Assembly: GCF_037042905.1 (NCBI RefSeq) | Contig: NC_087251.1 | Coordinates: 5,706,001-5,770,000 of the forward strand | Length of the DNA: 64,000 bases | Source: Lytechinus pictus | Lineage: Eukaryota | Reading direction: 5' to 3' | Shown here: positions 26,101 through 39,380 of the stretch, one piece after another | Position numbering within the stretch: position 1 is the first letter of the stretch | How the letters are laid out: each line of letters opens with the position of its first letter | The notes under the pieces: generated by a model | Databases searched by the model: none | Seen by the model: only the letters and a program-made list of their open reading frames with translations | Told to the model about the DNA's origin: nothing | Position numbers and translations under genes: made by a program

Positions 26101-27517
26101 CCTTTTTTTCTTTTTAGCTTGTAAAATTTTCCTCGGGAAGATGTGCCCCCCCCCCTTTCGAAAAATCCTGGATCCGCCCCTGAATAAGTGTTCTCCCAAA
26201 CTTCACGTTCATTAAGGAATTAGCAAGAAATATGTAACTAAAATAATGTCAACAACGTTGAGGTGTTAATGGAGAAATATGTGTGTGAGAATCATCTGCG
26301 AAAAATTTGCCAAGGCCGTAATCTTCATTATAATAGCCACCATTCTATCAAGATGTAGAATATGTTAAAGTAAGTAAGTGAAAATCGATAAACGATAGCC
26401 AAAATATATGAAGTTGTATGAGCTTGGAATATTTTTGGCCGCCACGATCACCAGAAAAATAATGTCGTAATCATGCCAACGAAACCGATTCCAAATTGAC
26501 CAATGAATGCTATGTCATTAATAACTTCCAAGGTTTGATCAACCTGAATTGGTTTTGTTGATGTGACATAATAGTGTACAGATATTAATATCAAACGATT
26601 GAAATTCAGAGCAGTGAATTATTTGAATCTAAACTTCTTTTTATTTATTACCTATTTTTCTTGATAAGCAAGTATAGTTTTAGGCAATTCTTTCAATTTG
26701 CACGAAACAGTTCTCATACGATATATACCATGAAATATTTTACACTAATCAAAATATTTTTTTTCCATCAATACTTTACACTCATCAAAATACTAATTTA
26801 CCCAAACCACGATTCGTTGCAGGATAAAAGTTCTGTCTAGCTTCGCTGTTTGTTATCATTATCTGATAATACAACCATACCGACAGCTTTAATTTAACAC
26901 ATGGATAAAGATTAATTTGCTGTCACAAATACTTTATCATCTATCCATACATATAGGCAGGACATGTAATAATCTTAGAGTTAGAAAGGCGTAATATTAT
27001 GTAACGTTAAGCTAATATATTTTATACTTTTTTTATTGGCTTCTATGTATAAAAGAAGTGAATTGAATCATATGTACTTATAAATAGGAATCAGCTATTT
27101 TTAATCCGAATTTACAATTTAATTCCACCAACAGTTTTTTTATTCATAGATTTATAAACACGATATATACACAACAAAAAAAGTAAGTCCCCCCTAAATC
27201 AAATTGCTGTAACTTTTGAACGGAATTATTTTGAGATATGATATTCCGTAGGTGGTTTTCTACACTCATTAAGCAACTCCTGGGGAAAAAAAGGATTGAT
27301 CGGTTGAGTCATGCATGAGTAATTAAAGATTGAATTAAAAATGACCATATTTGAAAGTCACAAGAATCGTTTTTCAGATTGGGCAAATACAAAGTTGGGC
27401 AAATGTTGTCTTTAGGTGAATTTTATGGTGTTATGCTGTTTTACTATCCATCATTTAGCCACTCCACACACAATTTTGATATCATTATGTTCATGGTTGA
27501 ATGAGCACAATGTATTG

Positions 27518-27797
27518 CAGGGGCCGCGGAAGCGGGGGGGGGGGGGGTTGGGCGGGGAGCAGTAGCGTACCGTGAACCGCAGGAGACAAAGCACCTGCAT
27601 TGTCTGTGAACAATGCTTTGCCCCCCCAATGCTTTGTCTCATCCGAGTCACGGTACGCTACTGGCGGGGAGCTTCATTCCCACCCCCACTTTTTCCAAAA
27701 GCATATACAAAAATGTAAAAATGACCATACGACTGTGATTTTTTGCATTGTCAGCACCCCCCCCCCCCCCACTTTGAAAATCCATCCCCGGCCCCTG
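27518..27797. mobile_element. hAT-like MITE with 5-bp TSD, same family as 17901-18045
   Basis: CAGGGGCCGCGGA ... TCCCCGGCCCCTG; TATTG on both flanks. Confidence 0.85.
27560..27663. mobile_element. 104-bp hAT MITE with 8-bp TSD
   Basis: Perfect 16-bp TIR CAGTAGCGTACCGTGA / TCACGGTACGCTACTG; perfect TSD GCGGGGAG. Confidence 0.92.
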
Positions 27798-30014
27798 TAT
27801 TGTGACGTATTATCATAGGGGTTTATGGTAGTAAGTATCCTCTACAACTTGTTAGATCATGTTTAAATTTGAAAATGTTGGTGGCTCCCCCGATTATAGG
27901 CCCCTCCCCCATCCTAAAATTTTGGACCCACCACTGATTTGTCCATGAATTAAACTGATCATGAGAAATTGTTAGGAAAATAATACATTTATGCAGTATA
28001 AAGAGTATTCATTCCTAAGTTTTCGAATGTGCTCGCTCAACCATGAAAATGTTTAAAGTTCGGAAAGTGTGTGGTGATAGAAATGATGGATGATAAAAAC
28101 AATAGCAATTATAGTCTTATTTGAACCGAATTTGCCCCCAATATTGACTTTATTACCCTTTAAAATGAGTCTGTGACATTGAAAATATCAATTTTCCCAC
28201 TTTGATGCGTGCTCACTCATCCATAAATAAACAAAGCGATTTCATTTTTGCACAGAATTCTGCCCATAGGTTGATAAACATTACTGCTTAATGACATTGC
28301 TAAAGACAGCCGTGAAAAAAAGTTCCACCATATTGAGTAAGGGGTTACTTATTCTTAAACATGTGCACCCATAATGTACACAAGTCTATGGGAGACGAAG
28401 TCAAAATTTTAACAAATATGAAATGAGGGTTTGTTTCATGGACGGTTTTTGTTACTTCTGCCAATATTTATTTCACGAAACTTCGTACATGGCTTCAGAG
28501 TAACACTATCCAAAAGGCGCGCACATCAAAATAACCATTCGATACGACACAGAGTGGGGCCAAGGCCTTGAACTTTCATCTCATTCGCATAATATTCGAA
28601 TACTGTATGCTCACTGATGCATTAAACATCGGGATTTTCATAAAAATCAAATCAAATGAACTATGCAAGGCGGTTTGTGACAGATATCCATAGTAACAAA
28701 TTGCATTTGTTTCCAATAACATAAAAAAGAGCTAATCGCATTCCACATGTACATTCAAGCGTGGATATCTAATTAAACGCCTTTGAATCATTGAAGCATG
28801 TTAATTGGTAATGAACATAACGAAAAAGTTGAGAAAATATAATTTTCAGTTCCCAAAATAAACAAATACTTGCCTATGATATTTGAAAATCGTATTTTTT
28901 GTTTTCAATAAATGTTCATTGAACCGTGAAACGATGAATATTGTTGAAGAAACTCTTCCAAAAATAACTGTCTTCATATTCTATCATTTTTATTGATATA
29001 AATGTGTAAAAAATCCAATTATAGCAAATTTGGACTTGTGTTTATTCAACCGTGAAATTTAGCCAAAAAAGTTGTATCGTCTTTTAGAGAGTACCTGTTA
29101 CAAGCCTTCTAACTATTTTTTTATGATGAGAATGTGGAATTAGTTCCAATAAAATGGAATCAAAGTCATGATATTTGGCTTGTGACTTTTGAAAAGTGAC
29201 ATTTTTGCCTTCTGACCGTGCTCACTGAAGCATGAAGTGTAATACGTCCATAACGTTTACTCAGAGGGTAGCTTATAAAATTACCTACACGCTCATGTAA
29301 AAATATATTAAAAACTCGCATTGGTTCGGAAATTATTGATGTTTGTTTAAGGGGGGACTTACTTTTTTTGTTGTGTATAGTTAATCGTATCCATGAGTTT
29401 TACTTGCGATTTCGTCACTTTCAAGATGCATGATTATAACAGGCTGTATTTAATTTTTTTCTCAAGCTCTTAATGTTTTTATGATATCAATTATTTCACT
29501 GCTTATCTGACACGTTTATATCACGATTGGTTTTTTAAAATCGTTATTATCTTCCGACCTCGGAAAAAAGCAACTGATGAATAACTGACGATTGGTAAAC
29601 TAATATCTGTTTATGAGTAGCCTAAATGGAAAACATCTTCACCAGACTATAGCGTCCATTATCATTAATTACCATCCAAATACTCCCTCATGATGGGCCT
29701 AATCCAATTATCCATGGCATATGTCGGCATTGTGGTTTGGCGGGAAAAATACTTGCAGACGATATCTCGAACTTATCATCATCAGTAGATGGACCACAAA
29801 TATTTCCCACGCATTTCAGTGCTGTCAAACGCTCGTCAACAACATCTCATGCAATAATAATACCGAAACACTGTACTTTCTATATGGAGTATACGTTTGC
29901 TCTTTTTTGAACGGTCGGGAGAAGTAAATTGCTATCATATTCATTATTTTTTCGGGGGGAGTTAATTCAAAGTCATGTTAATAAAGGCTAGAAATATTGG
30001 TATCAAATTATGTA

Positions 30015-30295
30015 CACTGTTAGAAAATTTATCCTTAAAATAAAAGAAGTTCCTGCAGCAGAGTCTCGAGAACACCTGTAATTTTACCAGATAGCGTAAT
30101 CTTACAGGAAATTGGTATATTTGGTGTATGGAATCTTACAAATTTCCTTAAATAAAACACCCTTTTCCCTTTTTAAACAGACCTGTTCTGTTAAATTGCA
30201 AAAATAATCCTCTTTTATGAATTTACAGAATGATTATGTTATTGCTTTCTGCAAAATCTTCTTTTTTTCTGTAAACTCAGGGTTTTTTAACAGTG
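30015..30295. mobile_element. Non-autonomous CMC/EnSpm-like MITE (CACTG ends, 2-bp TA flanks)
   Basis: TA|CACTGTTAGAAAA ... TTTTTTAACAGTG|TA. Confidence 0.7.
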
Positions 30296-33200
30296 TAATT
30301 TTAATGAGTTGTTGTAGTTGAATCAACTATTTTATATAATCAACAAATTTAGGATTAACCGTTCACATTATGCGAAGACAACTTTTGATAACATACCCTT
30401 GTAAGTAACGAAACAAGCAAAAGCAAAACAAAAATGTGTATTTTTTTCTTCTTTTGTTTCTTGTAATTGAGAAATTGCGTGCATACATTTCAAGCAATGT
30501 CAAGACGTCTTGAAGACCTACTTCCGTAACTCAAGTTCAGGATCGTATCTTATTACACATTTACTTTGGATGACTTGTACTTGGCTTTAAAAGAGACTGG
30601 TATATTGTGTTCTAGGGAATGGCATGGAAGGGAAAGAAGAAATAGAAACGGGGGAACACGCCCCTTAAATATTGGGGGCACCCCCTAAAAATGATAATAG
30701 GACACAAAATGAGGCTTCGCCACTTCAAGAATTATATTAATTAATAAGGACAATGGCAGTCTTGTGTCTTGTATTACGTGTTACACTTCGCAAAATAGAC
30801 CACAATAATTGACTGCTCTTGAAATTGCTACTTTTTTTAGATTGCTAAACCCGGTCCTAGGTAAAAATAATAATAATAGAAAAAAAAATCAGCTCGTGCT
30901 TCGTGCTCGCATCATTTTTTTAAAGATCCTTGTAAAATCAATATAAATTCAGGGAATTTTTATGTAGTTATCGCTTTCATTTACACACTAAATTATTACG
31001 TTATTTCAAGATGTACATTACATAACTTATTTAGTCTATTTTAATGACGAACCATTCTTCGTTACAAATGACAAAAATATGTTGTATTGGTAATGTGTGC
31101 CAGAGTATCCGGCAGAAATGGTAATTTAAAAAAATACCATTTTACTCGACTTATGGTATTTTTAATAATACGAAAATACAATTTATTTCACAAATTTTCT
31201 TCTCTCGAAGATCTATAAAGGAAAATATTAATACTATGATCAGGTGCAGCCCTATAGGAGGTAGGGGCAACACCCCGTTTGATTATTTTAATAGTGAAAA
31301 CAAGGGGAAAGGAAGAGAAAACAAGAAACAGAGGGACGGGAAAGAAAAAAGAAGAGTATAGGAAAGAGAGATCGGGTACGTGTAATACCTAGGCAATTTA
31401 ATTGAGAAAAATATGGTATTTTGCTCCCCCTCCCTCCATCCAATCTTTATCAAAATATTCTGACACCTCTCCTGAGGAAGCTTCATTAATGATATTCATG
31501 ACAGTTTGATTGTATTTACTCTGAATTCGAAATGAAATTAATGAGTGCCTCCTGCCCCCCCCCCCCCCCCGATCACCGCCCCTACCTTCTACATCTTGAA
31601 TCTTATCACACATTCTTAGATATGATTTTTTTTCAAGATTACACATTCTACTTCTTTTTGTTTCCAAAGTAAAGATTTCAAACAATAATATTTGGAAATT
31701 CATTTTATATTTACAAGTGTAAATATATATTTCACTATTAAAATCAAATAAGTTACAAACTTTTCTGAAGGGCCACCAAATACAAATTAGTTTAAAAAGA
31801 AACAAAATGGATCGTGCTTTAGTTGCAAAAGTGTAATAAAAACTCCCATATCATGCATATTGGTACAAGTTTTTCACAATCACAAAATAATTGCACAGCA
31901 GTAAGGTTTCTTCCTGTTTAAATGGTTTATTTTTTTGTAAGAATCAACGCTATGGCTTTATGAAACAACAGCTGAAAATAATTTGTTTCCATTTTGCACA
32001 GGGACTGTAGTCGCTTTTTCCCAAATTCATATCGCTTATTAAGAAGGTGACGGGTATAATCTGATAGGCATGAGAAGATACTTTTTTAACATTGTCGTTT
32101 AGTAATATGCATCATGTATATCAAAATTTCTGTTGATTTTGAAGCTGAATAATAAGCATAAGTTTGACTATTATAACCTTTTATCGAGAATGACCCATAT
32201 TCAAGAGGTACCGGTCATTGTAAAATAATTAGGTATCGTAATCAAAATCACAACCTGATTTATATACCTGAAATCAAACAAAACTGTAAATTAAACATGA
32301 GGCAATTTGCCAGGAAAATAAACTTGAATTTGTAATATCTTTGTTATGAAGACAGGTACCCTGGAAACCAAACCAAGGTCACTGAATATTTTTATAATCA
32401 TACAGAAAATTAAACAAAATATTTTATCGATGGTTTAGTAGTGTATGACATCCAAGTGATACAGGTTGCAAAACCTTTCTCTTAAAAAAACGAGAATGAA
32501 GAAACGGTTCATTTCTGGTGGTGCAATAATTTAGTCGTTTGATGATTCGTGTTTTGGATTCTTTTGTCTATATTTGTTTTGTTTTTGTTTGTTTCTTTGC
32601 TTGTCGAATTTCTTTTTTTTTCAAGAGATGTTATTTGTCAATGGACGTTAAACCACTTTATATCCAGATGACGCATTTCACAGTATGCACACTCTCCAAA
32701 TATGACAGTATACTTCATAGAATACTATAAACTATTTGAAGATGGTAAATTATCCCAGTAAATGGTTTTTCGCGTGAGTGCGTGATGCTTTCTTATTGTG
32801 TCTTGAAATCTTAATTATAAACCCGCATGCAAAACTCTTAATTGCTTTCAAATCCATATACAGGGATCTTATTACACATTCATTTTCACACTCTAAAATA
32901 ATAGATATAAATTATAGTTTTCAACGAAAATGCTTGTTAAAGTAATCCGTACACGCATAACATTTCGATGTATAATATAAAAGCTTTATACTTTCATAGC
33001 ATTCAGGTTTCGAAATATTGAATAACATGACCAATCACGCAGCTGACACAAATATGTCTGACTCAATGCAAAGTAATAAATGATCAAATATAAAGGACAC
33101 AATGGACAAAAGTACAACCAACCTTTCAAACGATAAACTGCACACTTAACACATATGATGAACAAGATAAAGTGGTGCGATTCCAGTGTTGACACTTGAT

Positions 33201-34996
33201 ATCAGTTATATTCAAAGATGTCGCCATGGTACAGTTCCAAAATGTAAAAATTTGGTACCTTTTTGGGCACGCAATTTTTTTGTTGAAAAGCCTTGATGTG
33301 CCTGTTCTTGAAAAAATACCCCCCAAAGATGTCCCACCCCTTCTCATGTAGTTTGCATTTTTTCAACTTCCAGGACTTCGTACTGGATATTGTGAAGGAA
33401 AAAAAATCGAAAATAGAATGAATATCGCAAACTTTGAAAAAGGATTGGATAAGACCTATGATGGAACCGATAATGAAGATATGGTGGCCCTTAAGGGACA
33501 TCGCAAATAGACAAAATCGCGAATATTCACGACAAAATTGGCGACAAAATTCACGACGTCGCCAATTTCGTCGTCAATTTGAATATTCACGACGAAATTG
33601 GCGACGAAATTCACGACATCGTGAATTTCGTCGCCAATTATTCACGACGAAATTCACGACGTCGTGAATTTCGTCGCCAATTTCGTCGTGTTTTGCTTGC
33701 CTGGCCGGTATGCGAGTTGAAACCAATTCGTCTGCTGCTAATTCCTCCACTCACAACAGGGTCTACATTCAGTTAGTCTAATGCAATTCTGTCCATTAAC
33801 TTTTCGCCTAACAACCATATGGTCCAATAACCATTTGGTCCAGTCATCACTTCGTCTAATCACCAGTTCGTCTATGACCATTTCGTCTCATAACTAGTTG
33901 GTCTAATATCAATTCTATTTTCCTTAATTTCGCCCAATTAACACTTAGTTCAATTAGACCAAATGGCATATGGAATAAATGGCAATTGGACCAACTTGGT
34001 TATTAGACGAAATGGCAGTTAGACCATGTGGATAGTGGACGAACTGATGGTAGACCAAATGACAGCAGACGAGTTGGCATTAGACCAATTGAAAATAAAC
34101 CATTGAAACGACAGAACGATGTCCACTGCTATCCATATGCTTAGGCGGATCCAGGGGGAGGGGGGCCGAGGGGTCCGCCCCCCCCCTATTGGCGGAGTAA
34201 AAAAAGGAAAAAAGGAAAGAAAGAAAAAAAGGAGGGAAAAGAGAGTAGAAAAAAGGAACAGGAGGAGACGAGTAATAAAGTAAGATGATGGGAAGACATG
34301 GAAATAAAAAGAATCTTTCATGTCACTATATAAAATTTCGTCTGCTAATTCCTCCACTCACAACAGGGTCTACATTCAGTTAGTCTAATGCAATTCTGTC
34401 CATTAACTTTTCGCCTAACAATCATAATGGTCCAATAACCATTTGGTCCAGTCATTACTTCGTCAAATCACCAGTTCGTCTATGACCATTTCGTCTCATA
34501 ACTAGTTGGTCTAATATCAAATTTATTTTCCTTAAAGGTCAAGTCCATCCCCGAAAAATAAAGATTTGAATAAATAGAGAAAAATCAAACTAGCATAACG
34601 CTGAAAATTTCATCAACATTGGATGTTAAATAAGAAAGTTATGACCTTTTAAAGTTTCGTTTATTTTTCACAAAACAGTGATATGCACAACTCAGTGACA
34701 TGCAAATTAGACAGTCGACGATGTCCCTCACTCACTATTTCTTTTGTTTTTTATTGTTTGAATTATACAATATTTCATTTTTTACAGATTTGACAATAAG
34801 GACCAACTTGACTGAACCATATAATATTAAACAATGCTAATTCCACACGTTCAGAGAAAATTAGTCTTTGTTTCACTTGACAATGGGGAGAAAATTAGAA
34901 TATTTCATATTTCACATAATAAAATACAAAAGAAATAGTGAGTGGATGATGTCATCAGTCTCCTCATTTGCATACCGACCAGGATGTGCATATAAC

Positions 34997-36729
34997 CATG
35001 GGTGTCGATCACGGGGGGGATGGGGGGGATATATCCCCCCAATATTTCAAGTGGGGGGGATGGCCTGTATTATCATCCCCCCCAATAATTTAGGGTAGAA
35101 AAATTATAATAATGATGATGAAAAAATGAAAAGTTTGATCATGATGATTATAGTGATGAGTATGCCATCAATCAGTTTGTTTCCTTCGCAATTTGTGTAT
35201 ATTGTTATTAAATAAAAACATTCTTTTTTCAGGACTATTAAACAGATGGGTGGAGGTTCAAGATGAAAAAGAGTGAAATGTTTTTGTATATGATATTTTT
35301 AACACATGACATAAAAGGACCCCAACGAAAAACAACTTTTGTGGATAGGGTGTTCCATCCCACCAGTGGTGAATAAATTGATTTTAATACATCAATGATT
35401 AATTCAAAAGGGTGGACAATAAACGGGAGTAAAAGGGTGGCAAGATAAATCGTCTAAGGAATGACCATACAGCTATTACATACAGTGATAGCTCTATGGA
35501 ATGACGGTAAGCCCGATGGCGCACGAGAAGCCACACAGTTTGTCATTTGTGCTAGTCTTAATAAAATTATTGGTCCGAATCAGCATGTTATCATCATGCA
35601 TTAAGAAAAAAGATATTGCCAGTCGGGTTAGATTTAAGAGAGAAGTTGTATACACAGAGGCGTCGATCCGGGGGGGGGGGCGATCACCCCACCAATGAAA
35701 ATATTTGGGGGGAACATATCGTTTTGCCCCCTCCCAATAATTCCGCATGTGCAACTAAAAAATAAGATTGTAATGCTACACTGGAACCAGCAGCAAGCGA
35801 GATTGAGATTCCAACTCGATTTTGATTTAAAATCGTACTCAAAATGTCTGCTTTTCAGATTGGAATATAAAAATTTTCAGCTCGCGCTTCGCGCTCGCAT
35901 CATTTCTGTACCAAAACCCCATAGAGTGTCCCGTTTTCAGTTCTATACCTCAAAAGAACTCCCGCTTCGATTTGCAATAATTTTTTGTTGGATATATATC
36001 TTGTTCTTTATCAAAAGCGTCCATTAAACTGTCTTTTTTTCCAGATCGAAATATCAAAATTTTCAGCTGGCGCTTTGCGCTCGCATCTATTATACCCATC
36101 TTAATCATTGGTACCAAAAATGCTTAGAATATCAAGCTTTCACGTCAGAATATAAAGAAATTTTAGCTCGCTCTCTAGTGAGATACATGTATTTATGCTC
36201 CTCATGAGTTACTACAAACAAACCTACACAGGTACATTTTTCCTGTTTTCATGTCATACTAAAAAATTTCAGCTCGCGCTTCGCGCTCGCATTGTTGGTG
36301 AGGGTGGGGGGGGGGGGGTGTAGGGGTGTGTGGGTGAGTTTGTTCGTTTTGTATGATCGAGCGCCTTTGGAACGTTGATTCATGATTTTGCCCCCCCCCC
36401 CAATCTGAAAAATGGATCGACGCCCCTGTGTATACATCATGCTCAATAAACAGATCACTATGCACATGGTCCAGACAATTTTTGTCATTTTTTCTTTCGT
36501 ATGAGTTTAGAATAGGCGTACTTGTAACACAAATTGAATTTTCAAAAAAAAATTATATAAGTACAGTACACTACAACAATGAAGGAATTTCCAAGAACAC
36601 CATGCATATCAATTACTCCAAAATGTCCTAACTTGTGATTTTAGTGGGGGTAATGTTGAAAGATCCCCATCCACAAGAACTTTTGTGTCAATCATCCCCC
36701 CCAACCAAGAATACCGATCGACACCCATG
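34997..36729. mobile_element. Non-autonomous hAT element
   Basis: Perfect 14-bp TIR CATGGGTGTCGATC / GATCGACACCCATG; perfect 8-bp TSD CATATAAC. Confidence 0.92.
35655..36428. mobile_element. Non-autonomous hAT element (innermost of the nest)
   Basis: TIR CAGAGGCGTCGATCC / GGATCGACGCCCCTG; perfect 8-bp TSD TGTATACA. Confidence 0.92.
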
Positions 36730-38976
36730 CATATAACTATTTTGTGAAATTAAGCGAAACTTTAAAATCTCATAACTTTTTTGTTTTACATCCGATTTTG
36801 ATGAAATTTTCAGTGTTATGTTTGTCGGATTTTTCTCTTTTTATTCAAATCAACTTTTTATTGGGGTGGACTTGTCCTTTAAAGGTGAGATGAGAATTAA
36901 CACTTAGTTCAATTAGACCAAATGGCATATGGAATAAATGGCAATTGGACCAACTTGGTTATTAGACGAAATGGCAGTTAGACCACGTGGATAGTGGACG
37001 AACTGATGGTAGACCAAATGATAGTAGACGAGTTGGCATTAGACCAATTGAAAATAAACCATTGAAACGACAGAACGATGTCCACTGCTATCCATATGCA
37101 TAGGCGGATCCAGGGGTGTGGGAGGAAGGGGTCGATGGGCCCCCCCCCCCCCCCTATTGGCGAAGCAAAAAAAAGGGGGAAAAGGGAAAAAAGAAATTAA
37201 AAAAGGACGGAAAAGAGAGGAGAAAAAAAAGAGTCAATTTCAGCTCTATATTTCAAGCACTTTGTAAAAAAATTGTAAGGTGGGTAAGGATCGCACGTAC
37301 AGAGCTGATTTTTTTCATTATAATTACTTTGAGTTTTGACATAGGACCGGTACATCCTTAGGACATGTAGGACATGTCATCATATGAAAATGATGACTGT
37401 ATTCCTATTCCTCTTGCTAAGCGCGAGATGAAACTAAAGGGACAATTCAATTATTAAATTAATATCTTATTCATTAATGCCTAATGAGGGAGCGAAGTTT
37501 GATGATATTATGGCCTGAAAACTGGACATTTCAAGCACTTTTGTAACTATAAATAGGATGCATCAGTTAATATATTTTTAACAATTAATGCGAGCGCAAA
37601 TTGCGAGCCTAAATCTTTGTATACATTGTCATGAAAAGGGGATTGTATAATCAATATTGAGACATACAATCAAAATGTGAGCGTGTAGCGCTAGCTGATA
37701 CGTTTTGACAATCAGACCTGAAAAGGGATATTTTTTGAAAACTTCATGGAATACACGAAAATAATAGGTACCTGATAAATCGAAATTTGCGAACGCGCAG
37801 CGCGAGCGGAAAATGTTAATATTCAGACCATAAAACTGTCATATTTACAGAGCACTTTTTAAAAATCAATTTGTAAATCACGCAAAATAATGAAAGTTTG
37901 ATTTTCGAGATGAAATATGTTTTGTATATTGACTTCCAAACTTGATATTTAAACTCCATATTGAACAAGATCTGAAAATCACCTAACAGACAATGTGAGC
38001 GCGAAGCGCGAGCGAAAATTTTATATAGCGACATAAAAGATTAGTTTTATTTCCATGTCTTCCCCTCATCTTACTTTATTCACTCGTCTCCTCTTCTTTT
38101 TTTTTCTACTCTCTTTTCCCTCCTTTTTTTCTTTCTTTCCTTTTTTTTCTCGGCCAATAGGGGGGGGGGCGGGCCCCTCGTTTCAATGGTTTATTTCCAA
38201 TTGGTCTAATGCCAACACGTCTGCTATCATTTGGTCTACCATCAGTTCGTCCACTATCCACATGGTCTAATTGCCATTTCGTCTAATAACCAAGTTGGTC
38301 CAATTGCCATTTATTCCATATGCCATTTGGTCTAATTGAACTAAGTGTTAATTGGGCGAAATTAAGGAAAATAAAATTGATATTAGACCAACTAGTTATG
38401 AGACGAAATGGTCATAGACGAACTGGTGATTAGACGAAGTGATGACTGGACCAAATGATTATTGGACCACAATTCTGTCCATTAACTTTTCGCCTAACAA
38501 CCATATTATGGTTGTTAGGCGAAAAGTTAATGGACAGAATTGCATTAGACTAAATGAATGTAGACCCTGTTGTGAGTGGAGGAATTAGCAGCAGACGAAT
38601 TGGTTTCAACCCGCATACCGCCCAGGCAAGCAAAACAAATTCACGACGAAATTGGCGACGAAATTCCCGACGTCGTGAATTTCGTCGTATATAATTCGCG
38701 ACGAAATTCATGATGTCGTGAATTTCGTCGTCAATATTCAAATTGGCGACGAAATTGGCGACGTCGTGAATTTCGTCGTGAATAATTCGCGACGAAATTG
38801 GCGACGAAATTCACGACGAAATTGGCGACGTCGTGAATTTCGTCGCCAATTTCGTCGTGAATATTCGCGATTTGGTCTATTTGCGATGTCCCTTCAGGGC
38901 CACCATATAAAGAAGGCGTTTACAAAACAACAAGAAGAAGTATACATTGACACATTTCAAAAGTGCATGGAAGGGT

Positions 38977-39362
38977 TTATTTTCATTTGGTCCAATGTCA
39001 TTTTGTCCAATTGCTAACTCGTCGACTATCATTTAGTCTACCATCAGTTCGTCTAATATCCACATGGTCTATATATAATTGCCATTTCGTCCACTCACCA
39101 TTTCGTCTAATAACGAGTTGTTCCAATAGCCATTTGGTCCATATACCATTTGGTCTAATTAGACTAAGTGTTAATTGGGCAAAATGAATGAAAATATACG
39201 AATATTATAGACCAATTGGTTATGAGACGAAACGGTCATAGACGAATTGGTGATAAGACAAAGTGATGATTGGACCAAATGGTTGTTAGACGAAATGTTG
39301 ATTGACGGAATGGCATTAGACTAAATGAAGGTATACCATGTGGTGAGTGGACGAGTTAGCAA
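38977..39362. repeat. Quasi-palindromic TTGGTC/GACCAA subrepeat element, related to 33765-34100
   Basis: Starts GGTTTATTTTCATTTGGTCCAATG, like 38188 and the reverse complement near 34100. CATTTCGTCTAAT and ATTAGACGAAATG units switch orientation centrally. Confidence 0.7.
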
Positions 39363-39380
39363 TTTAATGATGGAAGTGGG

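Larger units (their letters stand above)
27168..29377. mobile_element. Non-autonomous Tc1/mariner-like element (TA flanks)
   Basis: Perfect TIRs TACACAACAAAAAAAGTAAGTCCCCCC and GGGGGGACTTACTTTTTTTGTTGTGTA, each flanked by TA. No transposase ORF inside. Confidence 0.85.
34536..36878. mobile_element. Kolobok-like MITE (TTAA TSD) containing two nested hAT elements
   Basis: TTAA|AGGTCAAGTCCATCCC ... GGGGTGGACTTGTCCT|TTAA. An uninterrupted relative lies at 40098-40662. Confidence 0.88.
33479..38908. repeat. Local duplication/inversion complex with ~0.85-kb inverted outer arms
   Basis: 33479-34340 is repeated inverted at ~38015-38908. Part of it (33727-34200) is also repeated directly at 34337-37170, interrupted by nested TEs. 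Confidence 0.85.
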
